DNA of 63,669 bases, the filler included, from Phoronis australis (taxonomy: Eukaryota > Animalia > Phoronida), in assembly GCA_002633005.1 (NCBI GenBank). It is 7 parts of 7 records of this genome, joined end to end, with 100 filler letters (N's around TTAATTAATTAA, not from the genome) between each part and the next. Parts side by side here need not be neighbours in the genome. Positions count along the whole stretch, not along the records: positions 1 to 10,888 come from NMRA01000838.1; positions 10,989 to 16,492 come from NMRA01002323.1; 5 more parts are not named here. One strand, written 5' to 3'. Below the pieces are notes generated by a model. It saw nothing but the letters and a program-made list of their open reading frames with translations, ran no database searches and was not told the DNA's origin. A program made the position numbers and the translations under genes. This document shows, piece by piece, positions 1-12,394 of this stretch; position 1 is the stretch's first letter; each line of letters starts with the position of its first letter.

Positions 1-672
1 ATGGGGGCCTAAACAAAAAATATTTCTCATCACGACAAGAATAAAATCCGGACACGTCGTCGGGAGATTTTAGACACTAACAAGGGCATTTGCAAAGGCC
101 AGGACGTTTTAAAAATAAAAACGTTTCGTAAACACGCAAGTTGATGTCAGGCGTGCAAGTTCAATGTCACAGTCGGAAGTCGAACAGCACGGCCAGAGCA
201 CATGTTACGCTACAACGAAAAGTTGCAGCCTTCGGTGTATTTCCTATTTGTATTTTCATCAGAAATTTCCGTCATGCGGAACTCGGCGATTCTTTTCATA
301 GCTAAAGCGCCAAACACAAGCTAAACGCAAGACAATCGAGTAACGGTCGTGACATCGTCAAGACAAGGTAAAAATTACAAACCCGTTATACCGATTCTCG
401 GACTCAAGCCGTATACAGTAGTAATCATCCGTTGAACGCTTTAGTGACACGGGAGTTGTGTCGATCCCAAATTTCCGTTTCTAAAAATTTTCCTTGTCCG
501 AAAGTCGCGGGACAAAAATCCGACGTTTATGGCATTGTCCGAAATTTGGGGATAGTTGAAAAACATTTTTTGACCTTGTACGAATTTCGTGGACTATGAA
601 AAACTTATTTCGGAAATATTTATTCTTGGTCGAAAATGGCGGGCCGTCCGAAAATCACGCGACTTTACCGTA
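1..672. mobile_element. Non-autonomous DNA transposon, copy 1 (right end; TA target)
   Basis: 239-672 is nearly identical to 35459-35893. Both copies end ...CGCGACTTTACCG followed by TA. Confidence 0.7.
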
Positions 673-2150
673 TATTTAAGCTCTGTGACGTATCTAATTT
701 ATGAAAGACTTTCTACAAAACCGAGGTGCATTGCTATCAAACTTTGTTGCTAAATTACGATCATTTTACAGAAAATTGTGCTGAAATCCCAGGGCAAAAA
801 CTCGCCGACTGCCTGCCTCGCAATTGTTGATATGGCAACTTGAATTGACCGTCGGATATTATTGATAAATTGAAGATGTTACTGTTGTATTTTAGGACTG
901 TAGGTAAGGCATTTTTCGCAAGTACACGTTCATGGACTAGGCGCTTATTTTAGCAGTCTGAAAACGCGTGGGGGGGGTGCTTATAGGGGCATGGGCGGTT
1001 ATTACAGCGAATACTGTATTTGCATTACATACCACAGCTTGGTGCGTATTGACTTAAACCTGTTGTTCAATTTGCCTGTCATAAGACACTGGTAACTGAA
1101 CACTACAGCTAATTAAGGTTATGTCAGGCCTTACTGAAAAGTCTATACTTAGCCAAATATCTAGTAGAAAAGTCTAGAGAATTGAACTCGACATAAGTAT
1201 ATATCATCTACAGCAGAAACTGTGTAGACTTTTGATTTTTTACTTCATACCAATTAGCCACCAATTAGATCACGTGACCTTGCTTTTCAAAGAAAATTTC
1301 GCAAAGAAGAAAGGTACATCCATAGCAAAACAACAGGATCAATAACATGACAAATTTTTATATGACACAAAAACGCTGAACTTAACGGGTTTTCTAGATC
1401 AATAGTATTTCGTATTTCATTCTATGCAACGTAAGTGCCATTTTGATAGCCCCCCATGCAAAATTGGAACACTTCGAACACACAATGTTTTGGAGAACAG
1501 CGCATAAATATAGATTATTACATTGCGAAGAAGTAGTTATCCCCCTTATCTAGATCCCTCCTGGATTTTGAAGAATTATCACCCTCGAGGCTTACACACT
1601 TTGGGGGATAATTCTCCAAAATCCACATGTAATAATCTATTTTTACCACATACTGAACAATAAACATTGCAATTAATCGATCTATCATTCTTGACTGGCC
1701 TAGGCTTTTGCAACTACTTTCTATGCCAGAGGCTTGGGGCCGGAGGTCGTGACATTGTAAGAAACAAGCTATTCTTGTTAAAATAATGTTTTTGCACCTA
1801 AAACCAATTAAAAATTTAAACAAATAGGAATAAAATGAATCTGTAAAATAAGTTTTAAGCAACTAGTCCAGCTTACTACACATCTCATCACCGTGTAAGT
1901 GTAGTCAGCTAAAGTAGGTTACCAATGGTTACTGAGTATGTCACAGGATCCAGACGACACGTAACCAGCATTCAAACTGGATATCGATGATTTACAAATG
2001 AAAGAAATGACAGATAGATTTTACTGAATTAAAGATATCGTTTTTATTGAACTTGCGCGTCTTCTTTTTCATAGAGGTACAGTGCCATTTGTTGAACATG
2101 CGATTACCGGTCTTCATTTAAGTATTCTATTTTCACGTTTGATGATGTCA

Positions 2151-2230
2151 GCTGCTGGGTGGCGCAGCAGTTAAGTCGACGACTCGAGACTCTAACAAAG
2201 CGGGTTCGAAACCAGCATCGGTTTCGCCAA
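2151..2230 (+). mobile_element. tRNA-derived SINE head or tRNA pseudogene
   Basis: A-box-like TGGCGCAGCAG and B-box GGTTCGAAACC at tRNA spacing. No clean cloverleaf. Confidence 0.45.
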
Positions 2231-3190
2231 ATTCGCCTCAAAATGTTATTCAATGAGCGTTGAATAACTAAATGGGTTAATTAACAGTTGTATTGGCCAT
2301 GTCAGGCTGTAAAATCGGATTAGCCATAACTGAGAAACGATGTTCAGAAGTTGCCAAAATATTCTTCAAGGGTAATACTAGTATATACCTTAACATAATC
2401 CTTGAAGGCAGATTTTTCAACAGCCTTTTTAGCAGGGTGGCATGTCAATCTTACGCTCTTCCACTCAAATTTAATGGTCACGCTCAAATTTTGATCACCC
2501 AAACTCAGTCAGCTGTGACTACAATGCATTTAGTGCTATCAAACTGTAAACCACTTTCAAATTGTTCAGTTTAGAATCTGCTACAATTTGTATCTTATTT
2601 TTTCATCAAAATCATTTCAATGATTTGAAATACTGAATTCCAGTTTAAAGTATACATCCATTTCGAAGTACAGACAATGCCAAATGTCATACTGATAGCC
2701 TTCTGATTGTAATGCTCTATTAGTCTAAATATTTATATGCCACAAAAATGACAAGCATCCAACAATTTGAACTTTTTGAAATAAAAAATAATCTATAAAT
2801 GCACACCCTCTAAAACCAACCTATCAGATTTTATGCTAAGTTGCTTGCCTAAACTAAATCAAAAGCTAGTCTGCATCACAATTTCCGGTATTATTAACAC
2901 AACAGCAGGTGTCTATTGTATGCTAATATACTGCCTTTAAATTGCATCTTATTAAAATACTATACATTGCCGGAACTCCAGATAACACTGTACAACAAGT
3001 TGACTGAACACAATATCACAATTTTCACAACTGGCTTCAGTATTTGTGACAATGATATTTTTACAATCTGACATAGAGTACACTTGTTTAACACAGAAAG
3101 TTCAGTCATTAGCTTATAGAAGGAGTGGCTGACTCAACTGTCTGGTAAACAACTCTACCATTAACTGGTAAATAACAACTATCATCAAAT

Positions 3191-3350
3191 GAAGTGGCTG
3201 ATGTAACCAACAAAGACATCAAAGCAGCAATAGCAGCCTTGAACCATGGCAAGGTTATGGACTCGTGTGGCCTGAGCATTCAGTACCTTAAGTCTCTGGT
3301 AACACCTTTGAGACACATAAGATCACGCAGGTACTTAAGACAGGCGTACG
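3191..3350 (+). mobile_element. Degenerate LINE ORF2 fragment just upstream of the RT domain
   Basis: Translates EVADVTNKDIKAAIAALNHGKVMDSCGLSIQYLK, then QVLKTGV in a shifted frame. This fits the LINE pattern vT..eV..AI..L..GKa.d..Gl..e.lK...K.G.i. Confidence 0.55.
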
Positions 3351-3389
3351 CCATATAGTGGTAGTATTACAATATTGATGATAGTAGCC

Positions 3390-4635
3390 CGATGCATTTG
3401 GATGTTATGAAGCAGTTAGGGAGTGTTGTGGACATGAGTGAGGACAAGCATACAACAGATGGGGAAACACGTATCATGACGTGGGATACCACCTATGTAT
3501 CTCTCTTCAGTGAAATTTAAACGGACCGTCTGTATTCTCGCCAACACAGTTGTGAAGGGTGTCACCCTCAATTTAAAGGAACCATTTGTAATCCCGCCAG
3601 AATAGTTACGAAGGTTGATGTCCTCAATTTCCCCAATGTATCCCACCAGCCAATCCTATTTGAGCTTACGTTAACTTTAGATTAGCGAACCTCAATTCCT
3701 CATTCGGTGCATGACCTACAGTCATGTTCATCTCATCTTATATTCAACTTGTCGAAGCATGAGGTGACACCGACAGTTACTCCATTGGAACTTAAGGAAC
3801 CTGCAAAATCCTGTTGTCCATGAAAACTCAGGTTCAGGAGTAATGTTTGGTAAAACTGACCAAGGTAACGGAAACTTAAGGGAGTGTTGATACGCTGTCG
3901 GGAGATTTACTGAAGAAATTGACTTAATTATTTGACAAATCTTCTGCTCATTTAAATTCAGAATTTCAAGAAGTCTCAACTCAAGAACTTTTACTTGATT
4001 TTGAAGATTCATTTGCTGCTGATAATCTAGATTTAGGGAATTTCATGACAATACAACATAAAATACGGGGACAGCAAAACTTATAAGAATGGGTATGCGC
4101 TAGACGCCTGGTTGTTTTGTGACTGAGGAAGAACAATATTCAAAGATTTGTAAAATACAGGTGTACGTGTACCTTTAATGAGTGACAGGGCTGCCATTCC
4201 TGTATTAATACACAAACCTGACGGCACAGTGCATTACTGTATCTAATATACACAGCATTAACTAATGTGAACATGAAGGACGCATGGCCCTTACCTTCAA
4301 TTGTAAAATGCCAACATCTCCTACCCACTAATGTTTAGTTTAGCAACATATTTGGAGCAAATTCTGCTTATTGGTCTTTATTACAAAATATGGGCATCTT
4401 CATTTTATGCTTTTTGGGGTTGTGTGGTGACCCTAGTGCACAATCTGTTGAGCCATGAGTCTACGACTACGGGGATTAAACTGAAACAATTAGCATTTCT
4501 AAATGCTATTTAAATTTAGTGTTGGGCATCAGTTCTGAAAACCGCACTGACTGTTTGGAAGGCGTTGTAACTCGATTTCAGCAGTATGGCCTAAGATTAG
4601 ATTTAAAAAAGTGCTTATTCTAGAAAAAAGTCCCC
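3390..4635 (+). mobile_element. Highly degenerate Ty3/Gypsy pol (protease to RT remnants)
   Basis: Frameshifted RT motifs: KPDGTVHYCI*Y, LTNVNMKDAWPLPSI, SAYW, LEGVVTRFQQYGLRLDLKKCLF. Protease-like LDVMKQLGSVVDM near 3400. Confidence 0.65.
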
Positions 4636-6476
4636 CGCATATGGGCAGTATACGGATACACCTGGCAGCACAAGAGCTTTCGCTCAGCATTTTGGATTGC
4701 TGCAAAATCTAAAGGTTTGTTATCAGCATGATTGAAATGCCACCATACTCATAGTGAAATCTCTTTGTAAACCTTAGCGGTACCTAGTGTAGTGAATGCT
4801 GGAAATGCAAGAACACGGTCATAGACGGCCGAGTACGAGTAATGCATTTTCGTGCAGATGGTGATAAACAACTGAATTTACATCTGCAAACAGCTTAGTG
4901 TATAGTGACTTCTAGGGAGGTATTCTGTGTCAATGCTAGTTTCTGTAGTTCAGTGTTGTTGAGGTTTGTGAAGAGTTTTAGACTGTAAGAGGTTGATGGC
5001 CAAATTTCACGCATTGGACCAGTCTTCGCCGTGGTTGAGTGTAGGCGACAACACACCCTAATGTAGCGTGTATGCCAGAAGCTTTTTGGGAAATTATGCC
5101 TCACACTGACTAAACCATCAAAGGCTTTTGATGTCTTTAATCCCATCCAATTCAAACAAATACTCACACAATCAATGTTTCTTAAGGGTATCAAACAGTC
5201 CTTTGTTCAATAACTGAAATAAAAAACTGAGCCATTTCTGTTTTGATTGACTGAATCATTACTACAGCATGTAAATTTATAAATCACATCAAGGTAGTAA
5301 GACAGTCACAAATGCACTACACTGCTTAATCTGCACTAGTTCACTAGTGCTTGCGTACTTAAGCAAAGTGGCATCACTGAAGAACGAAGAAACATATTGG
5401 CACAAAGTCTTAATTACCAAAGTATTTGATCACTCAACTTTGATGTTTTGGTCAGAGTGAGGCATAATTTGCCTAGAAACTTCCGATGTATGGCGGCCCT
5501 ATGGCTATGTAATGATCATTAGATCTGTGCCTGCAACACTGATCCAGTTTAGACAGTCAGTATTATTGCCTAGCCTAGGTCGAGTAAAGACGGGGAACAG
5601 CAAACTACAGACACTCACCCCTGAACCTGGTTGATATTCAGCGCATTGCAATCAATTGTTGGCTGCCAAAGTTGGCAAGTTTTGTCGCAGTGTAACTTGC
5701 AACAACACACCAGTCACCCAGGTCAGGGATCGGCAAGACGAGACAAAATGCGGTGAAAGGGCAAGAAGTCTGATTTGGAGAACAAACCACATAATTAACA
5801 ATTGTTAACTCCACGGAAACACTATTAAACACCAAGTGCTAATCAATAACAAGCAACGTCGTCGTCGTCGTCACTTTCCAGACATCAGACAGTCATCACT
5901 CTTTTCAAAATCGAGAAGGGAAGAGGAAACGATTGCATAAATACAACTAGCCCGATAAGTATTCACACAACAGCGGAAGCACAATGAAGCTCGTAGAACA
6001 ACCTTTTCGTTTTAAGGAATATTTATACAAACCTTAATTAAAGACCATACGCAAAGTTTCAGGTTTCAGGTACACCCCCTATTTTTCACCGCTGTCCACC
6101 ATGTTTGACTTTAAGTCACGTGACTCCACCTGGCCACCACATATAAAGTTTGTAGAAAAAAACAAGAGAAGTTAATACAATTTAACTCTATGATGAAAAA
6201 CTTTAACAAAAATTATTATCACTAGAAAAAGTGTTTTTTTTAAAATATCTTATTTACATATTTTTCAGTACTAAAACTTCGATGGTCGGTGGTGTGTAAA
6301 TTTTCAGGGCCAAACTGGGACTTCCGTTTTAGGATTTTAGATTTTATCATAAATTTATAACTCTTGCACAGCATCACCTTGAAGCACATTTTGTGAGTTG
6401 TTTTGTGTTTTGCCAATAGTCTCTTTTGTCTGTCTTGTGTGGAATTCTTTGCCTGAGTCTGTTCTTGTTTATGCAG

Positions 6477-6647
6477 TGTAGTGAATGGCTCCTATTAAGG
6501 TTCTTTTCGGGCTACTCACCCTTGTTCATTCCTAGTTCTGTACACGTTATTAGACGCACGTCCTCTTGCCATGGAGGACAGCACACGAGAGAGAAAAGGT
6601 CCACACCAGCAGGCAGCTCCCCAGTCACGTGACAAAAAACTATATCC
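6477..6647 (-). mobile_element. LTR family A, partial copy
   Basis: Near-identical to 9853-10023, begins TGTAGTGAA, and stops exactly where LTR-B begins. Confidence 0.8.
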
Positions 6648-6916
6648 TGTTGTGAATGTTGGTTTGTGTGGTCTTGTCTATCGTGTTGTCTTGTGTGTTC
6701 GTGTTCGTCCGTGGGTTTCCGTCAGTGGCCGGATGTTGTAAGTTCTAGTTTTGTCACGTGACTGGGGAATCAAGAGCTCTCTGTTCGTGTGGCACTGCTG
6801 CACGCAGGACGTCTGCGTTTGTGGGTCTTCAACTCAAGCGTGTATTCAAGCTTTCATATGAGTAAAGGTAAGCTGCACGAGAACCTGTGTATCGAGTCAC
6901 AACATTTGGCGTAGTT
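6648..6916 (+). mobile_element. LTR family B: 5' LTR plus tRNA-Ser-type primer binding site
   Basis: 257-bp unit 6648-6904 bounded by the perfect inverted repeats TGTTGTGA...TCACAACA. It is followed by a 2-nt spacer and TGGCGTAGT (6907), complementary to the 3' end of tRNA-Ser. Confidence 0.75.
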
Positions 6917-9852
6917 GCTACGTGCAGTTTCTACCTTTACACCGAGTGGCGCGTAGTTCGAAATAANTTCAAGTACCTTCACTGCATAACGGTTTTCAGT
7001 TCTTGGACGTTTCGAAATATCTGCACGAACATTATATATGGCTCGATCCATGCTCATTTTGAATGGTTTACTTGAAACCCAGGGTAAAATGGAACTAACA
7101 ATGGTAGCTTAGACCACAGGCGTCCTCAGATCGTCCCCAATACACTATATATAATACTACAAGGTATGAGTGAGACTCCGGACTAGAAATTCCACGGGTG
7201 CTTCACTTCAGCCGCCCATAACAAACATAAAACTCAATAAATTTACATAAAACAGAAGTTCAACAAACCATGAAGAATTGTTCTTTCTCCCAATGCCATT
7301 TATGGTGTCCTGCTCCACCAAGTTCGCAAGAAATTCGCGGTCAAAACACAGAAATCGTCCCAAAAAGCTCGTCCGGGGCAACTCATTGGTCCCACGCGCA
7401 GGGTACGGAATTATCCAAGGAGTTGCGGATGAACGGCAATTTGCCTTGATGTATAGTGCGTATTCGGAACGATCAGCTGAGGACGCCTGCGGCTTAGACT
7501 GCCGGTACGTTTACTTGTGAGAGGGCGCTCCTCGCTCGTGTCACAACCGAACAGACGCCTCAGTCCGCCGGGCTTCAACAATACAACGCTAACACTATTG
7601 TTGACTGGCGTGTCGTTTTTATATGAAGTATGCATTTCAGTTCGTCCTTTCTGGAGTTAAATGGAAACCTTGTTTATGTTTTGAAGCCAAATAATGTCCT
7701 GTAGCGCTCGACAACTCTCAAAAAATTGGAAGAAGTACATTTTTGAAAACTCGAACTCTGCAAAACGGACGTAAGCTTTGGCGAATTTCACGCTTGTAGG
7801 AAAAGACCACCCACCAAGGACTATAATATTTAACCTGTAACTTGGGGAGTATAAATTTTTAATTGATTCCTGCCTTGTCCTTGGAGGATCGACGCCAATG
7901 ATGCATTAGAAGGTGTCGTGCACATACCGAGGATTGGTGGAAATCCGATCACGGATTTCTTAACCCCGTGGTCGGTTTGGCGATTACATAACCAGGTCTT
8001 CGGAATTTCCTCTTTTATCCTCTCCGTTTCATCATTTCTTGCAGTTAATTTTACAATTCAAAAAAAATTCTATCACATAAACCTATTTGTAGAACGATGG
8101 GTCACCTGGAAAATTTTCCTCGTCCATTTCAAGCCTCGATTCTCAAGACAAATGCGTTACGTCCTCTTAATAGGATATACGCTATTTCAATGAGATGGAA
8201 GGTTCAGCATTGCCTAAAATTACATTAGACCACATGTACGTATTAGCAAAGCAATCGACCAGTTGTAGGGCAAGACAAGAAAACGTGACAGAGCAAATTA
8301 CAGGGTCTGGTGTCCGCAGAAAACTTAATGGAGATTGCTGAGATACTGGTGAACAGATTCAAAGGCGACAGTTGACAGAACAGTGAGATAAAGTGTAATG
8401 ATAGTGGCCAACAGACAGAGGGACAGGGAACGATAAAAATGCAAATAAACATCATGATGAACTGTCTGCCCGCAAATACATATTCATCAATATGGGGAAA
8501 GGTCAATTGACAGGCTCCGACCGACATCCTGTTCAAATTGTGCGTGCCATGGATCCTGGATCCGCCAGTGCAATGCATGTAAATATTTTATAAACAAGTT
8601 ACTTGTCTAGTGGAGGTCGGAAAGGACATTCAGAAAAGAAAGTCTGCCATTCCCGTCGCTACGATGTATATTCGGAAAGTTTTTTAAAATGTTAAAAACG
8701 TAACTGGGGTTCAACCGAATCACGGTAAGCCTATGAATGCCGAAAAAATTTTGTGGTCACTGCAATGCTCGAAACAATTTGTTTCATTCAAGACTGGGTC
8801 TTGGTCATGGCAAATTAGCACCGTACGCGTATGGGATTTTGGAACCAGAACCTAGGCCACTCACGGTTTGTACGCCGGGGTTCCCCCAGTTCAATGAATG
8901 ATGGAATAACTTTTTCCAGTCTTACCGGAACATATCTGTGCCAAGTTGTTCTCACGGTTGCCACCACCATAGACTCAAGTGACCCTCCGCGTCTCGCCAA
9001 TATCCGATGATACGTTTTTAGTTGGAATGCCAATTTTCACGGGGCCGACGAGCCGCTTGTCCGGTGGTGTACACCGATGGAGTATGCTATGCTGATCAAG
9101 GCGAACTTTCATTTGACTGTTTTTCAGAAATTACCTATGAGGCAGACCGTGAATTAAAACATGTTTTGTTTCCTGCCTACACCTATAACCTTCTGGTGGG
9201 TTCCGTTTCGCTGGCGGCACAGTCGTACTGCATGACTCAGTTCTGCTACTGGGAACTTGACACAAATCACCGTTCGGTGCAATGCGCATCTACACTCGTG
9301 CTTTGCGCAAATTTTTACAGAAAAGATGTTGCCCCCCCCCTCTTGTGATATCCTAGATCCGCCACTGAGAAATTTTGACGAAGTCCTCCCGCATTCGCCC
9401 CTCAAAATGCAAAAGCCGGTGGCCACCAATCTCATTGGCAGCCACCGGGTACTCCGCCACTAGGTGCCGCTTTATCATACTCAAAATCAATCATGGCTGC
9501 CGTACTGAAGTGTTTACGGAAAATTGGAGTGTTCACAAAAACTGCTTCAAACACTATAAAAGTTTCCCGGTCGGTTGGCTCATTCTATCCTATCAATGAT
9601 GACATGCATGGCTTAACAGATCATCACAAGCAGGTTTGTTTTTTTACTCTGCTTAGTTAAAATATCTGAAAGCAAGCCCTCTGGCCTCTGGTTATTAGCC
9701 TTAGGCCCTTAGGGTAAGGGCCTTAGGGCTTAGGCTTGGATCAACTTCAGAAGTTCAGTCTTCAGACTAGTCTTCAACTTAAGTTCAAGCCCAAGGAGGC
9801 TAGTCGTAGTTGATCTGCCCTGAGCGCTTTCCTGTATGGCAGTTCTCATAAG

Positions 9853-10101
9853 TGTAGTGAATGGCTGCTATTAAGGTTCTTTTCGGGCTACTCACCCTTG
9901 CTCATTCCTAGTTCTGTACACGTTATTAGACGCACGTCCTCTTGCCATGGAGGACAACACACGAGAGACAGCAGGTCCACACCAGCAGGCAGCTCCCCAG
10001 TCACGTGACAAAAAACTATATCCGGACGACCATAACACTCATACGAACAAGGACGGACGACATTGAAACTGGACAACGAATACCTACCTAGGTTCACGAC
10101 A
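9853..10101 (-). mobile_element. LTR family A, complete 3' LTR
   Basis: 249 bp with TG...CA ends and 8/9 inverted termini (minus strand TGTCGTGAA...TTCACTACA). A polypurine tract abuts it, and a second copy lies at 6477. Confidence 0.85.
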
Positions 10102-10115
10102 CTCCTCCCCTCCCT
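10102..10115 (-). other. Polypurine tract of the LTR retrotransposon
   Basis: Minus-strand AGGGAGGGGAGGAG directly precedes the TG start of the LTR. Confidence 0.8.
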
Positions 10116-10710
10116 AAAAATGACTAAATGAACTGATTGGAAAAAAAAACAATGAGGAGTGAATGTGAACAGGAACTAAAAAAAACTATAACTATTCCCC
10201 CCCCTACCTACTAATTAGTGGACAAACAGCCTCAATCATAAGGCATGTTAGTATAACAATGGCGCCCGGTAACTAAACTATATATATAAAAAAAAAAACG
10301 TGACTGGAGATCCTAACTTACGACTAAAAATGTGTGGAAAAATGCCAACTTTTGGCAAAAAGTCAAAACAACGAAAAAAAAACAAAAATGAGCTAATAAT
10401 AAATAAAAAAAACTGAATGTTGAGTACCCTAATTGTCAACTTAATTAACAAAGAAACAGACAATCAACGTAACACAACAGATAACAATAAGGTAGCATAG
10501 TTTGGTGAAACTGAACAGACCTACCCGCGAACGAGTATCCCTGGATCAGCCTCTTTTATTTTTTGTTTTGAGGTGACTGAAAAAAAATAAATTTTTAAAA
10601 GGAATGTTAAAGGTAATAACTGGTAGCTTTTTGCTACTTCAAGTGAAATTTAACTATAACGCTATGCTACTACACAAAACATAACAACGCTGGATTCACC
10701 GTCGATGAGC

Positions 10711-10887
10711 CTACAGCGTATACAATCGGCGGGCGTTCCTAGCGGTCTGTCGAAGGACTTGTGCAACAGTCGTGCCGCGATGTTTGGCCACCACCTCAGC
10801 CACCTCTCCAACGAACTGAGGATAATTTGGGCGTTCCTTTAATGACAAGTGAGGAGCGTCGGTCTCTAAAAGGAGACGATCTTCAGG
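10711..10887 (-). CDS. TatD-family deoxyribonuclease, C-terminal 58 aa (5' part lost in gap), apparently retrotransposon-borne
   Basis: Manual translation PEDRLLLETDAPHLSLKERPNYPQFVGEVAEVVAKHRGTTVAQVLRQTARNARRLYTL* carries the TatD signature P.DRLLLETDAP and the terminal T..NARRL helix. Confidence 0.8.
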   Translation of the reverse strand, partial: PEDRLLLETDAPHLSLKERPNYPQFVGEVAEVVAKHRGTTVAQVLRQTARNARRLYTL

Positions 10888-11339
10888 TNNNNNNNNNNNN
10901 NNNNNNNNNNNNNNNNNNNNNNNNNNNNNNNNTTAATTAATTAANNNNNNNNNNNNNNNNNNNNNNNNNNNNNNNNNNNNNNNNNNNNTTTATCATGCTA
11001 TAATGTTCATAGTAACGGTACACGTTAGGTCAGTTTCGGCTTAAGTAAAGTCGTCCGAGCGTTAGCATCTCTAGCATAGGATTTGAAGATTGTTTGTAGA
11101 TTTTGTTACATACATGTATTATAAAAGTCACTGCATAAGACAGTCAAGTTAATCTAATCATTATCAGAAAATGAAATGTGGCGATATTCTTTTTTTCTTT
11201 TATAACGCTTTTTTAAATTGCATTATCGAATCAAGTACAGTAGCTTCAAAAATGTAGTTGTTTTTTCTTTTGGAGGTTATCTTCGGTTTTTATAAAATTC
11301 TCCATCTCCCAATTTAATTTTAAATCTCCTCCTTTCAGA

Positions 11340-11342
<3 letters not shown>

Positions 11343-11380
<38 letters not shown>

Positions 11381-11417
11381 TAACAATAACAATAATAATA
11401 ATAATAATAATAATAAC

Positions 11418-11452
<35 letters not shown>

Positions 11453-11613
11453 TAATAATAATAATAATTACAACAATAATAATAATAATAATAATAATAA
11501 CAAAAATAAAAATAATAATAATAATAATAATAACAAAAATAAAAATAATAATAATAATAATAACAAAAATAAAAATAATAATAATAATAATAACAAAAAT
11601 AATAATAATAAAA

Positions 11614-11646
<33 letters not shown>

Positions 11647-11660
11647 GATAACGGTAATAA
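11343..11660. repeat. (AAT)n microsatellite with AAC/AAA variants
   Basis: Direct inspection. It produces the spurious poly-Leu/Tyr ORFs. Confidence 0.97.
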
Positions 11661-11759
11661 TGGGACAGTGTCAGAATTTTGCGAAATAAAGTACGCAAAA
11701 CAGAATGTCCGATTCCTTATTTAGACGTCCTTCTAAAGGTCCATTGCAGCAGGCATTGC

Positions 11760-11901
11760 CATGGGCGGCGCACCACAGGGGATTGAGGGCTATAGCCCCC
11801 CAGTTATGTCAGCGCATCGCCGCTCATGGACATAGGCAGCGCACCATATTGGGGGCTAGGGGGATATAGACCCCACTTATTTCAGTGCTGCGCCGCCCAT
11901 G
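11760..11901. mobile_element. MITE
   Basis: Terminal inverted repeats CATGGGCGGCGCA / TGCGCCGCCCATG with an internal partial duplication. Confidence 0.55.
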
Positions 11902-12100
11902 ATTGTGCTATTATTTCACTAATCATACGTGTACTCAGCAATTCTGCCAGCCAAATTTTGCAAGTGGTTGTTGCCTATTACAGTTTTCACTGAAACTGCT
12001 TTACTTTCTAGATTTCTAAATGCTTTGTTAAGTGAATTTTCGACCAACATGGTGCTCTGGTGTTTCATCTTAAATCCAGCATTTCGACCTGTTGTTTTAT

Positions 12101-12394
12101 GCTCGGAGTATGTCCCGAAAATAATAGGTGCGTCGCAAGCTCCGTTTCCAGAGATACAAAGGAGACAGTGTATAGGCGATATAAGGTCATTTATTATGAC
12201 TGATAAGGTACAGAAATATGAGTGTACAAATAACATAAAGATAATATCATTTGTGCTCGGAATATGTCCCGAAAATAATAGGTGCGTCGCAAGCTCCGTT
12301 TCCAGAGATACAAAGGAGACAGCGTATAGGCGATATAAGGTCATTTATTATGACTGATGAGGTACAGAAATATGAGTGTACAAATAACATAAAG
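12101..12394. repeat. Direct repeat, 2 copies, 153-bp period
   Basis: TGCTCGGA.TATGTCCCGAAAATAATAGG...ACAAATAACATAAAGA starts at 12101 and at 12254. AATAAA is present on the minus strand. Confidence 0.9.

Noticed and set aside
1518-1862. Possible very old LINE RT remnant (also suspected around 57600-58500)
   Set aside because: Only a vague resemblance to RT motifs that cannot be supported by eye.
6477-10101. The two LTR-A copies as paired LTRs of a single element
   Set aside because: The PPT lies outside the pair (right of 10101), no PBS or PPT faces inward, and the left copy is truncated, so they are separate insertions.
10889-10988. TTAATTAATTAA islands centred in N runs (also near 16537, 35403, 52852, 56899, 61868)
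   Set aside because: Identical 100-bp N-linker-N blocks with stops in all six frames. These are artificial contig-joining spacers, not piggyBac TTAA sites, and adjacency across them is uncertain.
11246-11698. Poly-Leu/Tyr ORFs that look like signal or membrane peptides
   Set aside because: They are translations of the (AAT)n microsatellite.
11919-12357. Overlapping 141/142-aa ORFs on both strands
   Set aside because: A by-product of the 153-bp (in-frame) duplication, with no recognisable domain.
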